This document shows, piece after piece, positions 23,701-36,216 of a stretch of 64,000 nt of DNA. The stretch is taken from the NCBI GenBank assembly GCA_046563655.1, contig CM102287.1:3906001-3970000 (forward strand). The letters are read 5' to 3'. The first letter of the stretch is position 1. Every line of letters starts with the position of its first letter. The notes under the pieces are model-generated. The model had not been told where the DNA came from, made no database searches, and worked only from the letters and a program-made list of their open reading frames with translations. This DNA comes from Yuukianura sp. NJ FZ-2021. Its lineage: Eukaryota. A program made the translations under genes and the position numbers.

Positions 23701-26369
23701 CAATGTCATTTTCTGCGTTTCGCTTCACACATCTCCGCAAGAGGCCTTTCTGTCCCTCATAACGTTGTTTTCTCCTTGTGCCAAACCCTCAAATTAGCAA
23801 CCTGAGGCAGATGACATTGACCTCTTCACTGACCTCCATAAGTCTAATGTCTAATCGCCTTGGGCAACTAGGCGATTACCCACTTTTTATCACTTCTCAA
23901 AAGAAAAGTGCATGAAAATATCTGATGTTAAAAACCTTCCAAGTTGCTAAAGTTCACAATATCGAATTCGAAATCCGGTTTCGGTTTTCTGTATTGTGTT
24001 GAAGTCGGAACAGAAAATACGTCAAAACGAAAAACTTTGTGTATTGTTATTTGTTTTTCTGAGCTTTGGTGTTGTTTACGTTGCTTTTCTTAAAGAAAAA
24101 AGAGTTTTCGGACGTATTTGTGTAGTAATTTTTAAATTTTCTAAGAACTTGTTTGTTTTCTGGAAACTTCAAAAGTTCTTGTTTTTGCTGAAAAAAAACA
24201 TCTCACTTTCTGCGTGTCTAGTTTGAAAAACAGAAATATGATGTGAACTTTAGTTTTTTGGTGACGCAGTTAGCGTTTGAATTTGACGTAATATTTTGCA
24301 AGTTGGCATAAGATAATGACGTGGAAGTGAATTTGATTGTTATCTTCTCTTTTTTCATAATTTTATTGAAATTGGGCCAAAGTTTTTAAAGTGTATTGTG
24401 TACTGTGTAGATGTGAAAAAAGTAAAAATATAAAGTTGATTGTGTGACTTGGCAAGTGGAAATGGAAAAGTTTTAGCACGACTTGGGAGAGAATCGAGTA
24501 GTTTTTGAAACTCATATTTTTTGTGTGTTTTTGAAGTAAAAGGTGGAATTATTTTGAAACTTTATTTCCCTCATCATACTATAGTATGTTATGTTTATAA
24601 AGATTTTGGTTGGTAGTGTGTTGACATGTGGCAGGAGGAAGTAAAGTGGTCAAATGGGGTCATTGACCCACTTTTCACACCAACGCTAAGTACACTACGA
24701 CCGTACCACCTCGCACTAAAAGCTCAGCATAACTTTACAGCTACGGAGTTTCACTTGTTGGGAAGATTTAGTTGAAGTGATTGCGGTAAAAGTGGATAAG
24801 AAGGAGTTTCTGCAGTAATTTTCTATCAAGTTTACAGTTAGTTGGAGGCTTTGACTTTTTTCATTTCCCTTTCCTCAGTTGCGTTGCGTGAGGATGAAGA
24901 TGATGATCAGATGATCAGTGATGATGAAATCCTGTGTACCTGCTGTTTCTTTCTTAACATTAGGCTAGGTAATGTTAAATTTTTGTCCTTTAAAAGATTA
25001 GTTTTTGACTAATTTCTGGTTAAATTAGGCTAACTTTTGGATTAAGATGTGCCAATTTTAAGAGAAACAGGATGTGTTTAGACATTTATGTGTGAAGGAT
25101 TGTGAAAAGTTGGAAGTTTGTTTTAAGATATTTTGAGATTTTGAAACCTGTTTGAACATAACTGTTTCTTTTGGAAGTGGGATAAGAAATACTAGAAGAA
25201 AAGTGGAAAATTTTGAGGCTAAAGCTCACTTTCATGTGAAAAGTGTGAAAATTTTGGATTTTAGAGTAGTGTGAGGAGTTCGTTTTTCGAAAAATTTAGT
25301 AATGACTGCAATTAGCCTTTGACTATTTAGTACATACTTCACTAGTTTTTCAATTTTTCGTTTTGGGATTACGGTTTTTGAAAATGGATTTGGGAAACAC
25401 CGAATTGACTTTTTCCTTATGGATTTTTTTGGTTTCTTGCAAGCCGTTTTCCTTTTCAGTAAAATTTTGAAGTTACTCACTGAGTTTTTGAGTCAGTTAA
25501 GTTGTAGTTCTCATCGCAAGCTCCGAAATTGTCGAGGTTGACTCATAGTATTGCTGATTTCTGTTGACTCAAAATTTTAATTTTAACTGAACTTTTGACT
25601 TCTCAAGTGGCTTTTGACTATTCTTTTGTGAATTTGGAACAATTCAAAGTTCAATTGCCTTGTAAATTCTCTAAACCTGATTTTGGCATTTAAACTTTTT
25701 TGACAATCGGGGTCTCATCAAGAATCGAAATTCGTGAAATTTTCTACCTGTAAGTATATTTTGTGGAAATTTTGACCCTGTAAGAATATTTTTTGGAAAT
25801 GGCCCTACATGAATTTTTCTTGAAATTTTGTGTTTCACTTTCTTTTAAATCAAGGTTCTATTGGAGGTTGTTTGAGGGTCAAAGACTGGAACAAGGACGC
25901 AGTTAGGATATTTTTGTTGGGAAGAGTAAATTAAACAAAAAGTTATGTGCGAAATTAGTTGTGGGTTCAATTACTAATCAGAAGTCGTTTAAGTTCAGTT
26001 CATGTCATGTCATAACGAATAGCTGCTAAAGTTAAAGCTAAGCTTAAAGTGTTCTCATTTTGTGGTGTGAAACTTGACACTTTGAGGTATGCTTATGCTT
26101 ATGTTATGCTGGAAAAGAGCTGTTGAAGGCTAATGGAGGTTACTATCAGGCTGGTTTAGTTTAATGGTGGTGGGATTTAACTAACTGCCGTCATTAAAAG
26201 TGATCAAACAGTTAAGTGAAATCAGAGCCATGTGGTTTACTATACAAAAAAAATTTGCTATACAATTTAGTTGGATTTTCCAGTGCTTCAGAAATTCTTG
26301 CTAGGACGAGCACCGATTGTTTCTTGCGGTTTTAGAATCAAAGATTTTCAAAAGATAACTATAGTCTAA
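20747..26369 (+). CDS. Putative spliced upstream ORF / microprotein in the Atossa 5' leader (3 exons)
   Basis: Exons 20747-20924, 24879-24968 (90 nt) and 26284-26369, all with canonical polypyrimidine-CAG acceptors and GT donors in phase 1. They give 117 aa ending ...MISDDEILCTCCFFLNIRLVLQKFLLGRAPIVSCGFRIKDFQKITIV*. Confidence 0.55.
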
Positions 26370-26508
26370 TGGAAATTATAGAGTGGAAGAGTAAAGTAAT
26401 GTAAGTAGTGAATGATTAATTTGAGGTTTATTAACTTAATTGTAATTAGATGATTATAACTTAACCTAATTAAAGTTAATGTGGTTTGTGTTCTATTTGT
26501 TGTTTCAG

Positions 26509-29500
26509 ATGCATTCAGTTGATTCAGATCCGAAGGCCGTAGAAGTTTTCCAGTCTGTTAGTCGCCTCATCGTAGAAGGCCGAATTCCAGGATTAGCTCC
26601 AAGGGGATTTGGTGAAGGGCCCCACTGTATTCAATTCTTCAAAAATCTAGGCAAAATCCACACATGTCTCCCGGATAATCGATTGGTAAGGAAAGAAATC
26701 GGAAAAGTAATCGGCAAAAACAATCGAGGGAAAAATAACCCACAGAAAGAATCGAAACACAAGTAATCGAAGGAAATAATCCATGACGAGGACGAATTCC
26801 CAGAAAACTGAATTGATGGAAAGTAATCGGCGAAAGAATCGAGAGAAAAGTAATCGGCATTGAACCGAGTCAACAGTCAAAAGTAATCCACAGAAGCAAC
26901 CCAGAGAAAAATCAGGACAAAAATGTGTAGTATAAAAGTATTCGACAGAACAAATCTAAGAAAAATCTATGCATCTCCACCTCGATTTCTTTATGACGAT
27001 TACTTTACTGCGTCGATTTTTTTGATTTTTGGATTGTTATGATTATTTTGTGGTTTTCTGATGTTTATTTTCTTTTTTGCAGTGCGTTCGAGATCGGAGT
27101 TTACGACGTCACTTGTCCCTACTATGGGACAATGGTGTTCCACTCTGTATCGAAATTCTTCTCTGTTCTGACTGTCAGTGTGGCGCTGATAAAGCTTCAA
27201 GCGATGACATCTCACCCCTTCCAGACCCAAATTCAATCCTGCTTGAGCAGTGGACCATCTCGGGCCAACTGAAGAGATCACACGACATTGTACCAACGAC
27301 GAACTTGGCTGGAGGCGGAAATGGACGCAGTTTGCTCCAAGTGATACGATCGTACCTCCACTTTTCACAACTCGCTGCTTGGTTGTCACTCAGCAAAGGG
27401 GAGTCGCCGAAAAATGTACTCTACAGAATCACTATGCCGGGAGAAGCATTTGCTTCCAAGTTCATGTCAACTCATGTTGATCATGAATTTCCTTTGGCTG
27501 TTGTGAAAGAGCACCTCATCAAGGTAAAAAACAAAACGGTTCGGTATTCTTACCGGTTTGGAAAATGTTTTACCGGTTTGATTTTTCCGTTTCGTTTTAG
27601 GTTTCAGTGAAGTCTATGCCAAGGTCGGAACAGATCCCACGCCCGTACTGTTCAAATCCGATCTGTCCAGCCAGTAGAACTTGGAAAATGTCGCCAGTGA
27701 TTGAGAGTGTGCTGGGGAGTGGATTGCACAATTTGAACAAGTTTGAGCCAGTAAGCAGCAGCACTGGAAAAGAGGAGCAAAGTAGCAGCGATTTAGACGA
27801 ACTTCCAGAAACTAGAATTCTTGATGGACTTAAACTCGTTGATCACAGGAAACCGAAACCAAACTGCAAAGTTTTTGGGAAACATTGTTGCGAGGTATGT
27901 TGAATGTCAAAGTTAACCTAATTCCTGACCTAATCTTAACTTTAACCTAACATGCACTTGACCTCACTTAAAAAAACTTAAGCTAAAATTATACTTTAAC
28001 TGTAAAAATCAGTTGCCCCGGCCGGTGCCCTCTGAATTTACAGTTCCTGCAAAGCGCTATAAGATTTACGTACGTTAGTCTTCCAAAAATCACCAACTTT
28101 TTAAACAAAAGTAACAGTTTTATGATTTTTTTTTGAAATTTTGAACACAGGATGACGATGAACATTGCGGGAGAAAGAGGAAACCAATGGCAAGCTTGGG
28201 AAACGGAAAACACGTTTCACGACGCGAGTTGTTCATTGGAGCAAGATCTCTGGGCAATCGCTTCAAAAACATGCTGCACTTGGAAGATGAAAGAGAAATC
28301 AGCGCTACAACAACGAGCAGCAGCTCAGCATCAGCGATTCTGGATGGGAAATTTGATCGCTGCAGTCCGGAAACTGAAAGATCAGAATCCCGTTCCAGCG
28401 GAAGAAGAGAACGAGAAGAGTCACCAATGACAACAGACGATGAATCGGATTTCAGCTCCAGTCGATCCTCCAGTGCAGCCAGTTTTCGACCAATCCCAAC
28501 ACTCCATGAGAAGATCAAGTTTCGGAAATCGCTGCATTCAGCAGCGTCGATGGTGTTTCATGGGAAGACGGGCCTACCGTTGACCTCCAGCCCAGCACCG
28601 CTCCGCCGCGGTCAAAATCGCTTCGACTTTGACTCTTCTCTTGTTTCTCCAGCTCACCTAAAATCTGTGATCAAAAAATCTCATTATCCACTCAGGTGAG
28701 AATTTTTAAGCTAAAAACTAAAAGTTAAAAAGCGAGAAGCTTTTAGCACGACTTAATGATTTTTTCACAAATTTAACTCTGTTTGACCTTTGACCTTTCC
28801 AGATCATCGGAAACGAGTCAGCTCTTGGGAAGTTTTGAAGAATCTGTGCTCCATGGGCGGATTGAGCCTGTGTCAACAGTGGAAGGTTTCACAGCTGAAA
28901 TTGGAGCCAGCGGATCCTTTTGTCCAGCACATCTCGACACGCCAGTCACTGTCTTCTTCTACACGTTTTGTGACAATGACAAAGTGTCCACGCCGTACTT
29001 GGTAAGTCAGGTCAATGACCCCGATTCTTCAGAGGTCGAGGTCAATGACCCCGATTCTGGGGAGGTCAAGGTCAGAAATTTAATGTTGACTGGTTTCTGC
29101 TTAGGCTCACATCAACGTTGGACGGAAGGGGTACTTGGTGCCAGAGAAAGGAACAATTCAAGTGACGCTGTTCAACCCCCTTCGAACTGTGATCAAAATG
29201 TTCGTGGTCATGTACGACTTCAGTGACATGCCACCCAATTCAAGAACGTTTCTGCGTCAGCGTATTCTGTACATGCCAATGGGAGCCACTGGAAATGAGC
29301 CTGAATCACAAAAATGGCTCCGTTATCTCATCCATCTTCGGTTTGCTTCTTCCCGCTCTCGCAAAATCTACCTTCACACTGATCTCCGTATAATCATTTT
29401 CCGTAAGTCAGATGCTGATACTGCTACGGGCCATACGACAACACCCTACGAACTGCGCTCTTTCACCTACACACCAGAGAATCCCAAGTACAGTCTCCGC

Positions 29501-29629
29501 ATGACCTCGAACTCCTTCAGGTCAAATCTGTTTGACCTCAGAAGAGACAAAAAAGTCATGGCCGAGAGTCCATTGGCAGCGACACACCAACAACAGCAGC
29601 AACCCTTAGCAGTCGCTGTGGAAGTTTAA
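26509..29629 (+). CDS. FAM214A: FAM214/Atossa family protein (DUF4210 plus C-terminal chromosome-segregation domain), 6 exons
   Basis: Exons 26509-26685, 27083-27523, 27601-27894, 28151-28695, 28803-29001 and 29105-29629. Motifs LIVEGRIPG, LLEQWTI, IRSYLHFSQLAAWL, TGLPLTSSPAP, LLGSFEESVLHGR, GTIQVTLFNP..TVIKMFVVMYDFSDMP, LRYLIHLRF. Confidence 0.93.
26696..26970 (+). repeat. Degenerate intronic tandem repeat with AAGTAATCG/AATCGA cores
   Basis: About 10 variants of aaaagtaatcg... in the Atossa intron after the ATG exon. Confidence 0.7.
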
Positions 29630-30619
29630 AAAAGTGGAGCCAAGAGCGAAAGAAAAGTTTAAAAAAGTAGTAACAATCGCAAGTAGTAGCGTCAAAGCGG
29701 TTATAATTTTAGTTTGAAAAAGTATCCCTGCACCATCGCAAAAAGTGTTTAAAAATGGAAATAAGAATCGATAGTTTAAGAATATGCGTTTTTCGTTGTA
29801 AAAACGTCTGAAATAGTTTTATGGAAATATCGCTGGGTTCGGAAATATAGCTGGGAAATGCACTAAAATGTAAATATTTTAACCGTTTTAAGCGCTACTA
29901 CTAAAAAATGTTTGTTCGTTATGCATATCGTGAGCAGCGCAGATTTGGAAAATGTTAAAAATGTCCTTAAGATTTAGAAACAAGTTGAGCGTTTAAAACT
30001 AATGAATTAACTTCGTCTTTTTTTTTTCAAATTGTTTAGAAAATACATATTTGGTTTCGAATTTAAATTTTTCGAAACACTAACTTGATCCGATACTTTG
30101 TTGCAATAGATGTTCAAAAAATGGTGGTGGGTAAAAACAGATTTTGAAAAGTTTATTTTTCAAAACCGGGTTAAATTGAATTGGGTTTAAAAACGGTTTA
30201 AAACTTTGAGTTTTGAATTCGGTCCCCAGGAAAACAGAAAATAATATAAATTAATTATCTTAACTATCAGTATGCACAGAATAATATGATTTGGGTTAAG
30301 ATTAATTTTGTGTGGAGTTTACAATTTAGTTGTTAATTTGTAAATTACCGATTAACTAAAAATCTGACTCTGTAAATTGACAAGTGACGAGGTTTGTTGT
30401 TAGTTTTGTTCATCACGACGGGCCAAGTTGTGGACATCTCTTAAGGTCATGTACATAGGTGCTTTTAATTAATAATCGCAATTTATTTTTTGTAGTCGCA
30501 AATAAATATCGACGGAAGTGGTTTAGTCGCTTCGAAAGAAATCTAAAAAACTTGGAATTTTGAAAAACTTATTTTAGATGTATTTTCCTAATTTATGAGA
30601 AATCAAAATTTTCGAAAAT

Positions 30620-30808
30620 ATTGTTGTTTTAAAACAACATCACACCTTCTAACTTTCTACAGGAGGCATTTTGGAAAAAGTCAGAATAGGATGAGAAATT
30701 CACTAAAGTGTATTTTCCTTTTTTATGGAAATTTAAAAAATTCCAAAATATTGTTTTTTGAAAACAACATCACACCTTCTAACTTTCTACAGAAGGACTT
30801 TTGGAAAA
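30620..30808 (+). repeat. About 50-bp direct duplication (AAAACAACATCACACCTTCTAACTTTCTACAG)
   Basis: Identical core at about 30631 and about 30761. Confidence 0.85.
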
Positions 30809-31102
30809 CGTTAGTTTATTTACGCTTTTGTTGTGCAGTAAAAGCTCTCATTTCGGAACAAGAAAATTCTCGGTTATTCACCTTAAAGTTTTTAATTAAA
30901 TGCACTTGAGCTAGAAGTCACCGATTCAATAACTTTCTAAGCCAAATTATGTTTAACATTCTTCCTCTCTATTAACAAAGTTTAAGTTTTACGGTGTGCA
31001 ACACTGCCAAATGAAGAAGAAAAAATCATGTTCTGCAATGAGGGAGTTTACTGTAATTTGTCTAAAAGTGAACTCACAGATTAATCGAAGGCTGCTTTAG
31101 CT

Positions 31103-31791
31103 TTATTTGTAAGGTATGAAATGGAATCGTCGTCGGTAGTTGAGAACTTTGAAGAGGTAGCGAATTCGTTTTTCCAAGTCGAGCCGTTTTTGTGGATTGG
31201 ATTTGGCTAGAGCAGCTCCAAAGAACTTGCGTTTCCGAAGAAGCATCTGCAGTTTATCAAGTTGGAATTAATCAATTACTCTTGAATTTAATGAAAACAG
31301 CAGTAGTTGGATATGAATGAACTTACAGTGTATTCGTTACCGTGAAACCCTCGGAGCCAAGCAGGAACTCCTTGTAGAATCTGGACAGGATGTAAAGATC
31401 CGTCTCCAAGGATGTCAATGTAATCGTTCTGACCAAACAAAGCCCGTTTCTCAGTCCATGAATTCTTGGGAACATACGGCGGAATTGGTAGGCGGCGCTT
31501 GTCTTCTGGAGTTCTCGGTAACAATCCACGTACTTCCAACTGCAATTATGAAAGTAGAAATCAATCGATTTTTGAATTTGCTTAGGACATAATTCGTTTT
31601 GCTTTCGTTTTTACCTTATCTTCATATCCGAATCTTCTTAGAACGGGTTCCCTTGTGGCCCACCATCTTTGACGAACAGGAACTACTGCCAGTACAGATC
31701 CAGTAGTTGGAGAAGTTGAAGAAGCAACTGGTAAGTTAATTGAGCATCGCTGGAGTAATTTGGATAATTCGAAAACGCTGTTCTTAAACAT
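31103..31791 (-). CDS. mRpL51: Mitochondrial ribosomal protein L51 (3 exons)
   Basis: Exons 31791-31615, 31539-31327 and 31246-31103. Motifs [45 protein letters not shown]. Confidence 0.92.
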
Positions 31792-32537
31792 TTCCACTTC
31801 CGGTTCTTGTCGAGCTCCACTTTGGTCGTTGCAGATGATGTGATGTCACGTGATCTTTGACCTCCACGATGACTTCTCCGTCCAAATTTTAGTTAAGACC
31901 TTTGCAAAGAAAAGAGAATGATTTAAGCATGGAAATTAATTGATTAGTTTAAATTTTCAAAACAAATTCGAATAATTTTTGAATGTTTACTTTTATTTTT
32001 TCCAAAAATCAGTAAGTGAATGTATGAAGTTCGCGCCCTTTAAAAAACAATGCTTAAGCCTGTCGGCATCATTTGGCTGTACCACAAGTTTGCAGTTCCA
32101 TCCAACAACCAACTTATTGCTTAAGTTTAATTAACTTAATTAATTACAAAATTAACACGACATTAAATTTAATTTATGAACACGAACAACAGTAGTCCAT
32201 CGCTGGTTTCCCCAAAAAAATACCCACTTTATTACAAAAAGAAAGGGAGACATGAATACAGAATCCGAGGAGTCACAGGTTTAGAGTAACCCAGTTTTCC
32301 AAATTAGTTTTTTGATTAATTTAACTTAACTTTTAATTAGTTTTGACTTTGAGCTTATCAAATGGACGTACTTCTGTCTTTCTTGATTTTAACGAAAATA
32401 CGAACATTTCTAACCTATATTTTACAGAATCGGGCACATAAGTCACATGTACATATTTTTGTTCTGGATTTTTCTGAAAGAAGCTCAAGACTTGTCCTTA
32501 AAATTGATGACCTCGAGCCATCCTTGACCTCTGGAGT

Positions 32538-34266
32538 TTAAGATTTCTTGGCCTTTGGCAGTGTTCCCATCAACTTACACAGAATTCCAAGCATAATTTC
32601 GTCCGAACCTCCTCCGATTGAAAATAGTCTGCCATCCCGGAACATGCGACTAATCGGAAGTTCACTGGAGTAACCCATGCCACCATAAAATTGGAGACAT
32701 GAATCTGCAACTTCACGAACGAGACGAGCTCCCTTCAACTTGGCCATCGTTGCGAGTCTTGACACATCTTCACCAGCGACATACGCATCTTCAAACAGTC
32801 AAAAATTCAAATCAAGTGGCAATTTTCGAAAAATATGTTCATTTTTCCAGAACTTACCCACTCCCTTATAAGTTAAAGCCCGAAGGGCTCTGCAAATTCA
32901 CAAAAAAAGTTTAGCATATCGCACTTTGAGTGCCAGTAAAGCATTGATTTGTTCATAAACTTACTCATTTTCTGTGGCCAATTCAGCGAGTCTGAAATGG
33001 ACATATTGGTTGTCGATAATTGGCTGCCCAAAAGTTTTCCTCTGACGAGTATAATCGATTGTCTCGGAAATGGCACTGTCAACTGCCTTTAACATTCCCA
33101 AAGCACCGCTAAGTCTTTCATCCTACACCAATCAACGAATTTAAAAAATTGAATTTTACAGAATTTCCAAAGTGTTTCTTCATGTGATTTTACCTGAAAT
33201 TGAAGCATTTGATACATAAAACCGAACCCTTCATCTCCAATGATGTTTTTAGCAGGAACTCGAACGTCTTCAAAGAATATTTGAGCAGTATCCGAAGAGT
33301 GCATTCCGATTTTGTGAATTTTCGTCCGATGAATGCCTGAAATATTTCATTGAGGAACGTTTTGAAATGAAAAATCAGCGATTCGTAAATCATAAGCGAT
33401 GGCTTGCCTTTGGTATTTGTTGGGACACAAATGAGCGATTTGTTTCTATGCGGAGCTCCCTGTGAAGTGTTTGCAAGTAAACAGATCCAATCAGCCATCA
33501 TTCCGTTAGTGATCCACATCTTCTGTCCGTTGATTATAAGATCGTCCCCTTTTCGGACAGCAGTGGTCTAAAACGAAAAATTATCTCAACGTTTATATGA
33601 CTAACAAACACAATCAATTGACGAAACTAATTACCTTGATATTTGCCACATCCGAACCAGCGCCAGGTTCACTCACACCTAAAGCAACGACGTAATCTCC
33701 AGCTATCGTGGGAACCAGAAACTGCCGTTTCAACTCTTCACTACCGAATCTGTTTACAAGATCAAAAACACAAGGATTAGAGTAATAGTAAACAAATTGT
33801 TTCGATTAATTAACCTTGATTAAATCTTGAATTACTTGGTTATAGCAGGAAGGGCAATATCCGTTTGAACAATGAAAGCCATTGGAACTCCGCCGCACTT
33901 AATTGTTCCAGCTTCTTCGACAATTGCTGCTTGGTACTTGTAGTCCAATCCAAGTCCACCGTATTCGGTTGGTTTGGTGATTCCAAGGAACCCTGCGTTG
34001 GCCAGTTTCTTAAACAGGGCATGGGCTGGAAACTGCTCAGCCTTTTCCCATTCATCAACAAACGGATTAATGTCGGTGTCGATTATCTTTGCAAATACTC
34101 TTTGCATTTCCAGTTGTTCTTCATTGTAAAACGTTTCTGGCATTGGTGACGTATATGTCGTTGACACAAATCGTTTCTGAATCGCTCCAGCTCCAGACAT
34201 ACGTGTTCCATTCCGGAGTAGCTGACATCTTGCAACTTGTCCAAGTCCTTTCAACAGGAGTACCAT
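32538..34266 (-). CDS. Mitochondrial acyl-CoA dehydrogenase (acdh-6/LCAD-like), multi-exon
   Basis: Transit-peptide-like N-terminus; [74 protein letters not shown]. Confidence 0.93.
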
Positions 34267-35406
34267 TGCAAGAGGTTGGATTGACCGACTTTCTGAAAAT
34301 AACAAATGAAATATTGAATATTACGTATCCAAATTCCAAAATTCCAAATGAGACATTACTTGCCCGATTTATTGGGTAGTTTTCAAATTTAAATAGTGAC
34401 ACTGTGCATGAAATCGATGAATCAACTCGTAAAACTTGTGAAACTTGCGAATGTGAAGCAATTTCTTATGGGGATGGTCGTGGTTGTCCGTTGTTTCTTG
34501 ATTTTGGATGTGGGATGGGATGAGAGAGATGATGTCCAAAGGTCGTTCACACATTCAAAGATACAAGATTACACTTTGCAAAACAACTTGAATGAGGTGA
34601 TTACAAACATTGGTTGAAAGAAGGAGAAAGGACATGCGTTGTATCTATCAAACAAATAAATGTCTGATTTTTTAATTAAACTTTAATCAACTTTATTTAA
34701 AAGTAGTAGTATGTAAGGTTTACTCATATAATTTAGCCACATCGTAGCATCTTTCAAACCTACAAGATTACTGATCTATGCCTGATAACAATAATTACTA
34801 ACTTTAATAATGTTTTACCCCTCCTTCTTCCTTACTTCAACCAGCAAATAAAATGAAACAGAAGTGGACTATGATGTATTTAGTTATTAATCAATTTACA
34901 AGACCTGTTACATCAAAATTATCACAAAAATGTCAAGTGTTTATCATGCTAGTACTTTTGTGAATAATTTCATTCCAAAAAAAAACTAAAAAACGAATAC
35001 ATTTTTCTCGATTTTATTCATCGAATTTTTGAATTTTCACTCCTAATAATCAAAATCACTAAATAATAGAAAACAGAAATTGGGATTTGATCCATTTTTT
35101 TCCGAAAGGTGTGCGTTAATTACAATGGTAATTATTTTGACACATGTTATGGAAATTCACCGAAAACACTTTCTAAAAACCTGTATTCCAGAGGATATTG
35201 AACTCATCTAAGGATATTGCTAACTTCTTCCATCTTTTTATTCATTTTTACAATCTTTTACAAAATTTTGCTTTTTAGTTTTTGCGTCAAGTAGTTGCTT
35301 AAAATTCTCAACCTAACCCCAGAGAAAGTAAATTTACACAACATAGACATCTTCTTAAGCACAATTTCTTTTTAGTATCAATTGTGCAAAATTTCAAATA
35401 GCGGCA

Positions 35407-36216
35407 ATGTATCGTAGAAAAAGTTTGGGATTTGCAATTTTTGCAATTTCGCTCCTCGGCTGCCAGTTCGGAGTTCTTGAATGTCGTGTCACCAATGATT
35501 TCTTGCAAATCACGCGTAGTGTATGGGAACGAAATGTCAAAAACGGTATTTTCAAAAACAAGAAATCAAAATTTTAATAAAGTAGATTTAGAAATCATAA
35601 TTTTTTATGTTCGAAAAAATTGAAAACAACAGATTACATCGAAATGTGCTTGGATTTGCACAACGCTCTCCGGCAAGATCACTCCACTCCATTTTTGAAG
35701 CTTAATGAAGAGGTAAGATACTTCCAAATTTTGAACTCAAATTCAAAAAGAAAGCAAAAAACTCTTAAAAACTTTTATGCTAACTTTTGCTTTAAGCTTT
35801 CAGCGGCTGCCCAGATGACAGCCGAAGCGATGGTTCAAGATCCGAACTTCGAAGGACTGCGGTTTGGCTCAGGCAGAAGCGACATTCCAGCGATGAAGTT
35901 CAGTCAAAACGTTTTCAACATCAGCGATGATTGGTTGGCAGCTCGACCAGGGTTTGCCATTTTGTGGGCCATTTCTGGTTGGTACGATCCTGCAGCCGAG
36001 TACGACTATAACAATCCGACTCCATCCGAATTCACACGAATGATTTGGAAATCTTCTACGGACTTCGGTTGTGCCCTGGCTAGAAACGGAACTAACACGG
36101 TCATTGTAGCCAATTATGCACCGCCTTCTGAAGAAACTGTAACTCCCGAGAACTTGCAATTGTTCAAAGAAAATGTATTACCGGATAGTACCGATTCGAA
36201 AAAACCGATACACTAA
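35407..36216 (+). CDS. Secreted CAP/SCP (GAPR-1/PR-1-like) domain protein, 3 exons
   Basis: Signal exon MYRRKSLGFAIFAISLLGCQFGVLEC... splices in phase 1 to DYIEMCLDLHNALRQDH; then LSAAAQ, AISGWYD, FTRMIWKSSTDFGCA, IVANYAP, FKENVLP. Confidence 0.85.

Noticed and set aside
26509..34266. Atossa, mRpL51 and acyl-CoA dehydrogenase as a mitochondrial gene cluster
   Set aside because: Adjacency in a gene-dense genome is not evidence of co-regulation; synteny was not tested.
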